Assembly (NCBI GenBank): GCA_964016885.1
Contig: OZ024740.1
Coordinates: 184,698,001 to 184,762,000 of the forward strand
Direction: 5' to 3'
Length of the DNA stretch: 64,000 nucleotides
From: Eledone cirrhosa
Taxonomy: Eukaryota
Positions 39,081 to 53,385 of the stretch are shown here, piece by piece. A model generated the notes under the pieces. That model did not search any database and was not told where the DNA came from. It worked only from the letters and a program-made list of their open reading frames with translations. Numbering within the stretch: position 1 is the stretch's first letter; the number at the start of each line of letters is the position of its first letter. Position numbers and translations under genes: made by a program.

Positions 39081-40151
39081 ATATATATACTATAATTATG
39101 TTAAATCTATAAAATGTATATTGATTAAGTTACTCAACACAGGAAGCTCAATGAATATAATCTCAGAGAATAATTTATACAAATTTAAATTATATACAAA
39201 CATTTTTCATTTATCTAGTTGAGAAACAACTAGTATTATGTACATATATATAGAATGGCATTTATTATTTAAAGAAAAAAATCAAGCCAAAATTTTCTAA
39301 ATTTCACTTATATATCTGTTTTATGATGAATTACAATATACGATACCTTTAACTGATCTAATGATTGGGCTCAATCACCAATTATAGATTTTAATAACAA
39401 GCATCATTTGTCAGTAAGTGCTTAAGTTCTTACTATATATATCTGACTCTGCACATTAACTAGTTACCTGACTAAGTAAGCCGATCAAATGGAACCACAT
39501 GGTGCTAAACTAATGTCTTTCAGGAGGCAGATATTACAAGACTAGTCATAATAAGTGCTGAAAATAACAGTCAAACAAGTCCATCTATGGCAACTCTACA
39601 AATTTAAAATTTGGTATAGTTAAATGATAATTAGGTTAAAGCTATACATATAAAATGTGTATTGATTAAGTTACAAAGAGAGTTCAATGAACATTAAGCT
39701 TAGAGCATAAATTATACAAATTTAAACGATATACAATAATTTATTTTCATATATCTATTTGAGAAACAACTAGTATTATGTACATACATATAGAATGGTC
39801 TTAATGATGCTTGTTATTAAGATCGATAATTAGTGATTGAGCCCTATCATTAGATCTGTTATAGGCATCATATTCTGGAATTTATCATGAAACGTCCGTA
39901 TAAGTGAACTTTAGACAATTATGGCTTGATTCTTTAAATGAGTACATTTATTATTTGTCATTTTATATGCATTTCCATAATCCTCTCTCACTCATTCACA
40001 CTCTCTCTCCCCCTCTCTATCTATCTCTCTCTCCCTCTCTCTCGCTCGCTCTCTCTCTCTCCATAGATATATATGTGTGCATGTATAACAGTATTTTTAT
40101 GCGAATGCCTTTGTGTACACTCATATACATACACTCATAAGAACACTCACA

Positions 40152-41377
40152 TATGAAGTATATCCCAAAAAGTAAGATTACCTGTGTACAACATTTTAAA
40201 GCAACCCCTCACTGTTGCATATAGCTGTGTTGGTTTTAACCTTGGCTGCATGCACATAATTGTTTCTTCATAATTACTTGAGTCAGTCATGAGTTATTGC
40301 TATTTATGGGCTGGTATGGTTATAAACTCTGTTACCTTTGTGATGCATGAAAATATGGCATGCCATCAAATTTTATGTGAAACTCAATAAATCTGCCAAT
40401 GAAATATTTAATTCTTTAACATCAGCTTATGGAGAATTCACTCAAACAAGAAGAAAGGTTTTTAAGTGGAAAAACGTTTTCAAAGAGGGCTAATAATATG
40501 TTGAATATGAACCATGTTCTGGAAGGCCAATCTCATCAACAAATGAACAATATGTTGAAGTGATGCATGGGGATTTGGTGAAAGATTGCCAATTAAGTGT
40601 TAGGATGATTGCATAAGAAACGGTCTTAGATGAAAATGTTGTTCACAGAATTTTAACAGACCATTTTCACATGTGAAACATTTATACAAAACTAGTGCCA
40701 AAACACTTGTCTCTGGAGTAAAAAGCCAACCGATTAAAAATTTGTCAGGATATGCTAGAAAGACTCAAAATTGAGCTAAATGTTTTGGATCAAGTAGTAA
40801 CAGGAGATGAATGATGGGTGTTCAAGTACGACCCAGAGACAAAACAGCAAAGTGAGGAGCAGTACACGAAACACTCTCCTTGTTTAAAGAAAGCACGCAT
40901 GAGCAGATCCAAGGCTAAAAATAATAATTATCAATTTTTCTTGACAGCTATGGTATTATTCAGAAAGAATTTTTACCTCCAGAGATGTCTTAGAGCAACT
41001 TTGAATACGAGTCCAGTAAGTCTGATAGAACATTGCAGGAGATTAGGTACTGCAATACAATAACACACCTGCTCACACAGTATTTTCTGGGGGAGAAAAA
41101 CATTCCCACTTCACATCTCTCTACAGCCCATATCTTTGTGATTCCTATCTCTTCTCTAAGTTGAAATTAAAGAACTATGGAAAACATACACCAATTGTAA
41201 CCAATAAACTAAGAACACTCACAGAGTTCTGGTACTGCTACAATCAATAAAAATGTTGGAAACAATGTGTGACTTCCAAAGGGTTGTATTCAGAAGGGGA
41301 TAACTTGTAATTTCATGTATGTCTAACTTACATTTAAATAAAACATCAATACTCTTATTTTAGGGACAAACCTTATA
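40152..41377 (+). mobile_element. Full-length degraded mariner transposon
   Basis: AIKFYVKLNKS, SGRP, LVPKHLS (WVPxxL-like) and VVTGDE*WVFKYDPETKQQS; degenerate ~28-bp TIRs with TA ends; ~1.2 kb. Confidence 0.9.
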
Positions 41378-43120
41378 CATATATACTTACAAAGAAAAGC
41401 TTTCTAGAATTAGGTGCTGTCTTTGTCACACACTTTAATCATTCTCTATCTACAGAGATCTCTTCCGATCTAAGGAAACACATTAGAGTTTGTCCTATAC
41501 TCTGTAAGGGAAACCACTCTGATCCAATACCTATATACCTATTATCTCTAACATTTCAAAACTGATACAAACAACCATATATTTTATTCATTGATTCATT
41601 GATTTATGTCTATTTCCCTTTTCAGTGACAGACAGGATGGTCCCTTTAGAGCTAGGCCTAACAAAGATAGTGCCTCTCGCTACATGCTAATCCAATCAAA
41701 TATTAGGCCACTTACACCACAGTCTCTTGTGTTCTTGATAATTTGAGCAAAAACAATAGTATTTTATTTTTACCATGAAAGCAGGACCCCTATGATGACA
41801 TCTCATTTGAGAATCTTCAAAGTCAATTTCCCACCAATGAATATGAACTATTTCTCACATCTATCATCAATGATGTTTATCATGCTACTCTATTTTATAG
41901 CATTTTTCATGTATACTTCACACTGATGTACAATCTTTCAATTCTAGCACATAACATTGTTTGTTTATGTTTATCGAATCTTTTTGATGTGATATGTTTG
42001 TACTCTATTTCTAGTTAGATTCACTCTTATGGGGGAAATACAATTGCAGTCAGTCTAGCTAAAGTGCAATCTAAGAAAATGACTCATCAGGCTGATGCTT
42101 ATCAAAAGGCCATCCATGTCACTCATTGTGTCATGCTGAATTTCCCTGAGATCTACATTAAAGGAGTGAATCTGTGTGAAATGCTCAGCCACTTATACAT
42201 TAATTTCATGAGCAGGATTATAGTCAATGTTGCACCATATAGTGTAACATGCAATGACTGCTTAGACCGGCAAACCATCTGTAACTGCAGATAGGCACTT
42301 ACCCAAAGCATATATATATATATATATACTAGACAACCCATGACCTGTTGGGTGACATTTGCTTCAATTAACATTTTTTTTAAAATCATGTTCACTTAAA
42401 AATAATTTTTAAATATTCAAAATATACACAGACATGTATATAATATGAAATGAAACTGGAAGGCCCATATACATTCATGTGTGTATGTATATATATAAAT
42501 ATGTATGCCTGTATACATATATATATATCTGTGTATATATATATATATGTGGGTGTCTGTGATCTATATAAACTGGTCATAGACACACACACATATATAT
42601 ATATACACACACTCCAATATATATATATATATATATATATGAGAGACGTAAAATAAGAAAATTATAACATTAACTTACTTACTAAAATATCACTTCCAAC
42701 TAATTAGTTTCTGGAATGGAATAAATATATTTTCCGAAGAAAACAAAGAGAATCATTCCGTCGTCAGGGAAGACTATTCTCATCTAAGTATCCAGGCAAA
42801 GCGTGGACTCTGGAAACTTATTAAAAAATAATTCAGTGGATAGAAAATAGCAAAGCGTGGACTGAATTCCTAGCCATTGAGAAAATCACGGCCTCTGCGT
42901 CGGTGGCAAATTCAAAAAGAATCAATCACGTGACATCGAGGTCAATCAGTGGAAAGTGGTTTGCTAATAAGACAGCGGCCTGCCTGCTACCATATATATA
43001 TATATATATAGTAATAATAATAAATTTGAAGACTAAAATCCAAAGAGGGCTCGATAAGGATAAATATATATCAGATATATAAGATCCGTAGAGCAAATAT
43101 TTATTAAAATAACAGATTAA

Positions 43121-43170
43121 AGTTTAAGCAAAGAATCGGTGCTTTCACCCTTAACGGATCTTCTGAAACT
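43121..43170 (-). ncRNA. Hammerhead-like motif, CAGAAGA core variant
   Basis: Mirror copy of 44061-44111. Confidence 0.6.
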
Positions 43171-44060
43171 AAAAAAGTCAATCTGTGAATGCAGAAGTAA
43201 ATATTTCAAAAAACGTTGCAACCGAAGGAAGACAGGAAGACGATACTTTGGTTCGTGGAAACGTTCCCTGGCAAAGAACGGGGAAAAAATGAAGATAATA
43301 TGTCATTATTTCGTGCAGTGAAAACAATTACACGCAAAGAAAAAAACACGTAAATGGTATAACTGAAGTCGTAGACAAGAATTCTAACTAGGAAACGGAA
43401 TGATTCTCGGCTTCAGAGTTAAGAATAGAGTAAATAAAATATAGAGGTATTTGAAATTAAATATATACATACAAACATCCATATACGTACATACACAAGC
43501 ATACGCGAAAACACTCACCATGGGTATGCAAATACGAGCACGTACTAAAAAAAAAACACACACACACATACAGAACCCACGCAACGCCTGTACGACACAT
43601 ACAAACGTATACACCAAATACACATAAAAATAAATTAATAAAACCTATATATATATACACAAGTGTGCGTGTATACATAATTAAAAGAAACGTATATAAA
43701 TATACACACACAAATACGTATAAACGCGCGCACACACCCACCCACATGTAAATACACATATGTTCGCGGATGTACGTCAACCAAAATACAAAATACACAT
43801 ATACACACACCCTACATACGTACGAACCCGCATCATCTCACAGACGCAAAACTCACATATACACATAACCAAATGCACATGTGTGGTTTTGTCTTCGCGT
43901 GTAATTTTTTTCACTGCACCAAATAATGACGTATTATCTTCATTTTTTTCTGTTCTTTGCCAGGGAACGTTTCCACGAACCAAAGTATCGTCTTCCTGTC
44001 TTCCTTCGGTTGCAACCTTTTTTGAAATATTTACTTCTACGTTCACAGATTGACTTATTT

Positions 44061-44111
44061 AGTTTCAGAAGATCCCGCTAAGGGTGAAAGCAGCGATTCT
44101 TTGCTTAAACT
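44061..44111 (+). ncRNA. Hammerhead-like motif, CAGAAGA core variant
   Basis: AGTTT-CAGAAGA-tCCCgctaaGGGt-GAAA-GCA-gcgattctt-TGC-TT-AAACT: all three stems pair; U4 is replaced by A. Confidence 0.65.
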
Positions 44112-44127
44112 TTAATCTGTTATTTTA

Positions 44128-44198
<71 letters not shown>

Positions 44199-44460
44199 AC
44201 AACACCACCACCTCTCTCTCTCTCTTCCATTCTCCTTCTCTGACTCATTCTCCCTCATAATAACAACATGCTGCTTCGATCATCTCTGGGTCAAAAACAT
44301 AAACACACTTTTTTCTTCTCTGTTTTTTCTTTGCTTTTTCCTTAAAGCCTCTTGGAATGTGTTTACTATCATTCCGCTGGTATACATCTACTATGCAAGT
44401 TATACCTAAATATGTCACAAGGTTCTCACGCAACCTGGCCACTGATCAGAAGACTGGCCA

Positions 44461-44609
44461 CATATCAACAGACTGGTCAGTCAGTTTCCTGTATACGAAC
44501 GATAAATGGCTGGCTTTGCCACATTCAAATAAAAAAAATGAAAAAATGTGGCAAAGCCGGCCATTTATCGCTCGTATACAGGTAACTGACTGGTCAGTCT
44601 GTTGATATG
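44461..44609. repeat. 65-bp inverted repeat (hairpin), followed by ~30-bp tandem units
   Basis: 44461-44525 pairs with 44545-44609; (CAG)TCTGYTRATATGCARATC units at 44595-44685. Confidence 0.9.
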
Positions 44610-44756
44610 CAAATCTGGCTGATCAGTGGATCTGCTAATATGCAGATCTGACTGATGAGCCAGTCTGCTAATATGCAAATCAGACCGATCAGTCACTGTA
44701 TATTTTAGAAAATAGCATATATTTTCACTAGCTCTGACAGTTGGCAGGTGAACAGT

Positions 44757-44806
44757 GAGCTGTACTGATGAAGGGAGATACCCAGAAACATTAGTGTCTG
44801 CGGTTC
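44757..44806 (+). ncRNA. Type I hammerhead ribozyme in the 5' pLTR of a PLE
   Basis: GAGCTGTA-CTGATGA-aGGGagataCCCa-GAAACA-ttag-TGTC-TGCGGTTC; canonical GUC cleavage site. Confidence 0.9.
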
Positions 44807-45801
44807 TGTTTACATAATTGCAACGAATCGAATGTTATTATTAATATTCGAAAAACTCAGATTACATTTATTCTATTCAGCCATGAAAATTATAAATTTC
44901 CGGTTCGTTGGTTCGATAACCGGAAGGTTGTTTGTATATTGTCAAAGCTCTTTCGTCACACATTCTGTGACCTCCTCAGTGACTAGGTTTTTATTTTGTG
45001 TGTCTCTCCTTTGTTCTGTGCTACACCATCTTGTTTTTGTGTGTCAGAAATTTATAATAAATTGAAGTGAAAACCAACAGGTGCGTGTGTTTTTATTGGC
45101 AACATGACCTTCCCAAAGTATAACAATATCTGTTTGAACACACATTTTGAGATAAGAAAATCTCGCAAACAAATTCCAAAACGAATTATATATATATATA
45201 TATATATATAGAAATCATCTCCCCCAGAATGTATTTACAACTTTCCCCCTTCAAGGAGACACCATACCAAATCACTCAACTACTACGCGGATGCCTTATC
45301 GTCAAACATAGGGAAAAGATACCACCACCATGATAGATCTAACAACTTCCCCGCTTCAAGGGGACAGCAAGGTAATTTCCATGTTCTCAACTCTCGCTTC
45401 CACAATACACAACAAACCCACACCACACGATACAACCAACAACGTAGGCCACCTATAACACCACAATCCAACATGGCACATAAAAACACACATCCATACT
45501 CGCAATACAGGAACACCCCATTCAATCTACAACCACGAACCCGAACCACATTTTACAACAACAAGGAATATGACAAACACAGGAGACCACTTAACATCAG
45601 CAGACAACCCCTCTACCTCAACCATTTTTTAGACACAGCACACAGATACAGGCAAATAAAATAACACAAGACAGGGAGGAAAAAACGAGAGTAATAAAAA
45701 TTATCAATCTAACTAGTGCAGAACAAACATCCAACCTTATCAACTAACTCTCCAAAGGTCTTAAATTCACACCGACCCCACTACGTCCTAACTACTATGA
45801 A

Positions 45802-47948
45802 ATGAAGGAAGACATCACAGACTTCTGTAGAAAGTTACGACTCAGTGAAGAACTATTCGACCAGTACAATGAGGATGAATCATTAGCCAGAAATAGAAGC
45901 AATTACACCCCATCAAAAGGTAGAAATAAAATCCTGGACGAATTCTGTGAGCACATCACAAACATCCCTTACCAACACTTGCACAGACAAAAACACGAGC
46001 CAAACCTCAACAAGAAAGAATGGGAAGAATTAAATAGATTAAAAACCGACAAAACCATTACAATTAAAGAGCCTTATAAAGGGAGTACAGTAGTCCTAAT
46101 GGAGACAGAAATCTATATCAACTTAGCGCTCTCCACTTTGGAAAACGAAACATACTACGAAAAGGCTGAACACTACAAGCAACAGAAAATTATGAGAAGC
46201 CTAAAATCTCTGATCAACCAATACAAAGAAGGACTCACTAACAAGGAATTCAGCTTCATCACAGACTTCACAAGTAAATCCAACCTTTTCTACGGTATCC
46301 CTAAAGTACATAAAAGCGAATTAATAAGTAAGGCATGCAAGGAAGCCACAGACATAGTCATCAATGTCCCCTCACCCAATGATCTCAAATTAAGACCTAT
46401 ATTAGCAGGCCCCGCTTGCGAAACCCACCGCCTTAGCAACTTCATTGATACCCTTCTCAAGCCCTTTCTCAAACACATCAAAAGCTATATAAGGGACGAC
46501 CTAGATATGTTCAATCACCTCCCTAATATGCCCCTTTCTGAACAAACCCTACTAGTGACGTTCGATGTAGTCAACCTATACTCCAACATCCCCCACAACC
46601 TAGGAATAGAAGCTATCCAATTCTGGCTGGATAATTACCACAATGAACTCCCACGACGCATCAAAAAAGAATTCGTGATAGAGGGACTCAAATTTATCTT
46701 GGAGAACAATTACTTCGTTTTCAATAACAAACCCTACAGGCAGAAATCTGGGACCGCTCTGGGAACGAAAACAGCCTCCACTTATGCCAACCAAGTCATG
46801 GGATACCTGGAAATCACCCTCTACACTAAAGTACTAAACAAATTTGGAAACACTCTCCACTTACACATAGAAAGGAACTGGAAGCGATATCTAGATGACT
46901 GCTTCATCCTTTGGCACGAAAATATCGAGAAACTTAAAGAATTTCACACCCTTATAAATGGGCTCAACACGAATATTAACTTCACGATGGAATACAACCA
47001 TCAACAACTCCCCTTCCTCGACATCCTCATTAAGATCCATAACAAAAAAATAGAAACAGACATATACTACAAGCCCACAGACTCCAAGCAATATCTTCCT
47101 TTCAACTCTTGCCACCCTAGACACGTTAAAATTAATATTCCCTACAACTTAGCCAAGAGAATCTGTACTATAGTCTCCAATAAAAACACCTGCTACTTAC
47201 GGCTACAAGAACTAAAGGACACACTCATAGGCAGGGACTACTCTGCATCACTAATTGACAATGGAATCCAACGTGCCCTAAAACTCAGTACCCAGGACCT
47301 TAGACACCCTAAAGTAAATCAACCGAAACTAAAAGCTCTTCCATACATCTCCACACACAACCCCTCAACAATGAGGCCTTTTACACCATCCTCCAGAACA
47401 TCCCTGTGTTGAAAAAGGACCATAGAATGAACCAAATCCTACGAACACACGATATCATAAAGAGCAAAAGACAATCTAAGTCAATGAAAAACATCCTAAC
47501 ACATGCCAAAGTACTGCCAGCCACAACAACGAAACCCACAGTAAAAAAATGCGATAGACCCAACTGTGGCATATGCATCAACCTAATAGATGGTTCGGAA
47601 TTCTATTTCAAAGAAGGACAACGTTTTATAGTAAAACACAATTTCACATGCGCATCAGAAAATCTAATATATGTATTAACTTGCTCAGGTTGTCGAGAAC
47701 AATACATAGGCCAGACCAAAAACAGCCTCCGCCAACGCATGACTGTCCATAGATCCCAAATTAAAATACGGGAATACAGGAAAATACCACTGAGTGAACT
47801 CATTGATACCTGTGCCGCCCCAAATCATCCCAACTTCAGAATCTTTCCCCTCTACAAATTTAAAGATAATGCCACCCACACCCAGCACATCATCAAGGAA
47901 TCTCACTTTATTAACAAATGCGGACCCCGTCTAAACACTTCTCCCTAA
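45802..47948 (+). pseudogene. PLE RT + GIY-YIG ORF split by one frameshift
   Basis: ORFs 45802-47412 and 47406-47948 are consecutive parts of one polyprotein. Confidence 0.88.
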
Positions 47949-48397
47949 GACGAACCCACAAAATACACACGTCAACATACATACCTACATCAGCATACAT
48001 CTCTATCCACATATAAACACAATGACATACGTAAACACACTTGTTCTATGGTGCAACACAAATATACACAAATTTGCATACCTTTTGATGTCTATCGATA
48101 TAAACGTGCCGACACACACACATACATATACATACGCACACATGCATTGCACACTGATGGGCACATACATATTTGTACACAAGTATTCCAATACGGCAAG
48201 GCCTAATGGATTCCCCTTGCAGTACGTACAATCTGGACACTCACACACACCTTGGTATTATGCCAATACTATATATCATTTCACACCTTTTATTATTAAG
48301 TATTGAGAGAATCGTTTTTACTGAAAATATCGAATAATGTACACCATTTTTACCAGTATCACAAAAATACTGGTCCACCTACACACACACACACATT

Positions 48398-48445
<48 letters not shown>

Positions 48446-48646
48446 CACACACACATATACACACACATAGACACGCGTACATTAACATACAAAGAGACAT
48501 ATACACACACACACACACACACATACACACACACACTTCTCTGTATAAGACAAGAGCTGAAAAATATCTTTTAACATGTTAAAATATCCCCCCACACACG
48601 TACAGACACATTCCTACTGGCCATCCCTCTACCACGAATTACTCTG

Positions 48647-48683
<37 letters not shown>

Positions 48684-49231
48684 TCTTAATAGGCATTTGA
48701 ACTGTCAACAGGCTGCGGTTCGCACACACATCCCTGCTGACCATTATCACAACAACGAACCTCTTTACTACTACTACTACACACACACACACACACACAC
48801 ACACATATTTGTCTTGAAAGACTTATTTCTCAGTGACTTCTCAATCAGCCGAGACAAACCTACATTTGGCGCAAAATCAATTAATAAACATTCACACGAC
48901 CTCTACCGACCAATCAAAATTGTTTTGACCACAAGAATTTTTTCATACATCTGGAGCCACTTTTTTTTTACATAAAACAGGTAGAATTTCCAAAACTAAT
49001 CAGATTAGAGCAAACATCACGGGCGCTCTATCTCAAAATTATTTTTGAAAAGCATTAGAAATGCCCAACCAGTAAAACTTAAAACCAAAACTGAATACTA
49101 ACCAATACTACTACTACTATTAATTTTTTATTTATTCCTAATTAAACTATTTTTCACTGTGAACAATTTGTCAGCATTTTCTTTTCCTTTTACCAATATA
49201 TCATAACTCATGTGTTACATCTCTATTCTTT

Positions 49232-49408
<177 letters not shown>

Positions 49409-49537
49409 AAAGTTATATTTAAATTGTTGGGTTACAACTAGTAAATATTTATAACTGATATAAAAGCACTCGACAAGTATTTGGAGTATATTTACAATAT
49501 TAAATAAATGGAAACTATATTTATAAAACCATATTTA

Positions 49538-49599
49538 TTTCATTATATATATTTCAGGGATATCATATTAACAATATGCTATGCCTTCCTCAGACAAAA
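49538..49599 (-). ncRNA. Hammerhead ribozyme (left arm)
   Basis: Reverse complement of 53285-53346. Confidence 0.8.
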
Positions 49600-50934
49600 T
49601 ACAATATAAACAGTTTTATAGATAAATAGATTTGACATACCGTAACAACATCGACTTGTATTTGAAAAAGTTGAATTGGCAGTGAAAAAATTGTACACAG
49701 AGAGAAAGAAAGAGAGAAAAAAGGAAAGAAAGAGAGAAAACGAAGAAAAAGAGGAAAAAGAAGAAATGCATGGAACAAAATAGAGAGATGGAAAGATAGA
49801 TAAAGAGAAGAACTTCATGTAAAGAAATAGAGATATATATATATATATATAGAGAGAGGAAATAGAGATAGATATATATATATAGAAAACTAGGTAGTGG
49901 GACGTCCGTTGAGTAAACGTATCAATGATACATTTATTTATTTATTTATTTATTTAGCTCTAGTATTAATGTAAGGGAGATATATGGAGAGAAACCAGCT
50001 GTTATATATAGAGAAAAATTTAGAAATAACCAGACATAGGCGAGGCGTAAAAACCCTATGTTTTAATGTAGAGGTATTAGTATGTATAAAACCAGCCACT
50101 ATATTGTAAATATCAGTATTCCTGAATGAGACATGTATCCATAATGTGTGAAAAGTAATGATCTTATGTTTAGTTTTTTTAAAAATTCATATGTTTATGT
50201 GATAACTACAAACATCTATGTGAATTTACATGATCAACTCTGCAAACCCTAAGTTCACGGAAAACATTCTCATTGTGGTATAAAAATTTAAGTATACATA
50301 TATGTGTATATATATACACAAATATATATAGAGTCAATATTACTACTATTCCTGTCTTTACTCTACAAGATTATCTATCAAGCAGAAATAGAGAGCAGAT
50401 TTCAATATACTAATAAAAATATATATCAGAAACAAAACTAAAAAATAACAATAATAATAATAAGTAATAATAAAATAGAAAACTAAAAAATATTACGAAA
50501 GAATATTACATATTAAAAATATTACATATTAAAAATATTAAAAATAAAAATATTAGAAAATACTACAATAATAAAAATAAAAATAAACCACAAAGATCAA
50601 CCCTTCAAAATTAATTGACAATATATTGCCAAGTTCATTATAAGCATCAGAGTCGAAAAACAGATAAAGCCAAAACTTATCTATCAAATCGCATCTAGCA
50701 AAGATCATTTCAAAAAGTTTAGGATGCCCATTTGGTCTACATGTGTTCTTATATTTAATATAGAAGTTTATCTAGTGTAACGTTTATTCGAAATATTTGG
50801 AGCATCAACTTTTAGGGTAGCTTAATTTTTCATGAAGAATGTTTAAATAAAAATAAAAATAAAAAGAATAAAAAGAAGAAATCGAAAGATTTATCGGCTA
50901 GTTTCCCATATAATTATAAATCAAACTAAATATA

Positions 50935-51440
50935 CTACATTTTAAATTTAAATTTATATTTAAAAGTTGAGTTTAATCTATGTTTGCAACAACTGAATAA
51001 ATTTGTCCGTAGATTAAGGGAATTTTTAGATTTTAGTATAAAGAATATCTCCTCTGCGCAGAGGTCACATGTCTCAGAGGATGAATTAAAAGGAATCCCT
51101 CTTGAGACTATATTCCAAGCCGTCGAATATCTAACGTTATCTAGCTTAAGTTGCCAGAGTACGCCTGATAGTGCCGTTGAAGATTTTTTGCTTGGATCTG
51201 TGAAAGAATTCTTGTGGTTATTATAGCGAAGTTTAAATTCCGTCGATGTGGAACCGACGTAGTTAAAAGAATTAGAGTCAGTTTTAACATTACAATTGTA
51301 TACTATATTTTTAACTAAGCAGTTGTTATTTAACGGACATTTAGATCTATCTCTACAGTTACATTTGTTAACTTGTATATTATTTATGCTATTATCACTA
51401 GGTTTTAAGTTCCTATTATTTATTCTATTAATATTTTGTG
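50935..51440 (-). pseudogene. GIY-YIG endonuclease domain (left-arm copy)
   Basis: Mirror of 51441-51946. Confidence 0.85.
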
Positions 51441-51946
51441 CACAAAATATTAATAGAATAAATAATAGGAACTTAAAACCTAGTGATAATAGCATAAATA
51501 ATATACAAGTTAACAAATGTAACTGTAGAGATAGATCTAAATGTCCGTTAAATAACAACTGCTTAGTTAAAAATATAGTATACAATTGTAATGTTAAAAC
51601 TGACTCTAATTCTTTTAACTACGTCGGTTCCACATCGACGGAATTTAAACTTCGCTATAATAACCACAAGAATTCTTTCACAGATCCAAGCAAAAAATCT
51701 TCAACGGCACTATCAGGCGTACTCTGGCAACTTAAGCTAGATAACGTTAGATATTCGACGGCTTGGAATATAGTCTCAAGAGGGATTCCTTTTAATTCAT
51801 CCTCTGAGACATGTGACCTCTGCGCAGAGGAGATATTCTTTATACTAAAATCTAAAAATTCCCTTAATCTACGGACAAATTTATTCAGTTGTTGCAAACA
51901 TAGATTAAACTCAACTTTTAAATATAAATTTAAATTTAAAATGTAG
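51441..51946 (+). pseudogene. GIY-YIG endonuclease domain of a Naiad-like PLE (5'-truncated, open frame)
   Basis: CNCRDRSKCPLNNNCLVKNIVY..YVGSTSTEFKLRYNNHKNSF..STALS..CDLCAEE..LNLRTNLFSCCKH. Confidence 0.88.
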
Positions 51947-53284
51947 TATATTTAGTTTGATTTATAATTATATGGGAAACTAGCCGATAAATCTTTCGAT
52001 TTCTTCTTTTTATTCTTTTTATTTTTATTTTTATTTAAACATTCTTCATGAAAAATTAAGCTACCCTAAAAGTTGATGCTCCAAATATTTCGAATAAACG
52101 TTACACTAGATAAACTTCTATATTAAATATAAGAACACATGTAGACCAAATGGGCATCCTAAACTTTTTGAAATGATCTTTGCTAGATGCGATTTGATAG
52201 ATAAGTTTTGGCTTTATCTGTTTTTCGACTCTGATGCTTATAATGAACTTGGCAATATATTGTCAATTAATTTTGAAGGGTTGATCTTTGTGGTTTATTT
52301 TTATTTTTATTATTGTAGTATTTTCTAATATTTTTATTTTTAATATTTTTAATATGTAATATTTTTAATATGTAATATTCTTTCGTAATATTTTTTAGTT
52401 TTCTATTTTATTATTACTTATTATTATTATTGTTATTTTTTAGTTTTGTTTCTGATATATATTTTTATTAGTATATTGAAATCTGCTCTCTATTTCTGCT
52501 TGATGGATAATCTTGTAGAGTAAAGACAGGAATAGTAGTAATATTGACTCTATATATATTTGTGTATATATATACACATATATGTATACTTAAATTTTTA
52601 TACCACAATGAGAATGTTTTCCGTGAACTTAGGGTTTGCAGAGTTGATCATGTAAATTCACATAGATGTTTGTAGTTATCACATAAACATATGAATTTTT
52701 AAAAAAACTAAACATAAGATCATTACTTTTCACACATTATGGATACATGTCTCATTCAGGAATACTGATATTTACAATATAGTGGCTGGTTTTATACATA
52801 CTAATACCTCTACATTAAAACATAGGGTTTTTACGCCTCGCCTATGTCTGGTTATTTCTAAATTGTTCTCTATATATAACAGCTGGTTTCTCTCCATATA
52901 TCTCCCTTACATTAATACTAGAGCTAAATAAATAAATAAATAAATAAATGTATCATTGATACGTTTACTCAACGGACGTCCCACTACCTAGTTTTCTATA
53001 TATATATATATATATATATATCTATTTCCTCTCTCTCTATATATATATATCTCTCTGTTTCTTTACATGAAGTCTTCTCTTTATCTATCTTTCCATCTCT
53101 CTATTTTGTTCCATGCATTTCTTCTTTTTCTTCTTTTTCTTCGTTTTCTCTCTTTCTTTCCTTTTTTCTCTCTTTCTTTCTCTCTGTGTACAATTTTTTC
53201 ACTGCCAATTCAACTTTTTCAAATACAAGTCGATGTTGTTACGGTATGTCAAATCTATTTATCTATAAAACTGTTTATATTGTA

Positions 53285-53346
53285 TTTTGTCTGAGGAAGG
53301 CATAGCATATTGTTAATATGATATCCCTGAAATATATATAATGAAA
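53285..53346 (+). ncRNA. Hammerhead ribozyme (right arm)
   Basis: TTTTGT-CTGAGGA-(stem II with CATATT/AATATG)-GAAA-TATAT-ATA-ATGAAA; AUA triplet, palindromic (UA)n stem III. Confidence 0.8.
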
Positions 53347-53385
53347 TAAATATGGTTTTATAAATATAGTTTCCATTTATTTAAT

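Larger units (their letters stand above)
43097..44135. mobile_element. Foldback element: ~250-bp inverted repeats, each with a hammerhead (inverted pLTR-like), non-coding spacer
   Basis: 43097-~43350 is the reverse complement of ~43885-44135, with several substitutions. Confidence 0.85.
44700..48350 (+). mobile_element. Near full-length Penelope-like element (Neptune-like)
   Basis: LSKGLKFTPTP; RT motifs FYGIPKVHK, LRPIL, TFDVVNLYSNIPH, GTALGT, WKRYLDD, LPFLD, YYKPTDS..YL..SCHP; linker CDRPNCGIC; GIY-YIG NLIYVLTC..C..QYIGQT. One frameshift near 47370; boundaries approximate. Confidence 0.93.

Noticed and set aside
44430-44695. CRISPR-like array
   Set aside because: Degenerate tandem and inverted units without unique spacers, in eukaryotic DNA with no cas genes.
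51296-51440. Hydrophobic N-terminus of the 216-aa ORF as a signal or transmembrane segment
   Set aside because: It is the antisense reading of the other palindrome arm, starting at TTG; not a native N-terminus.
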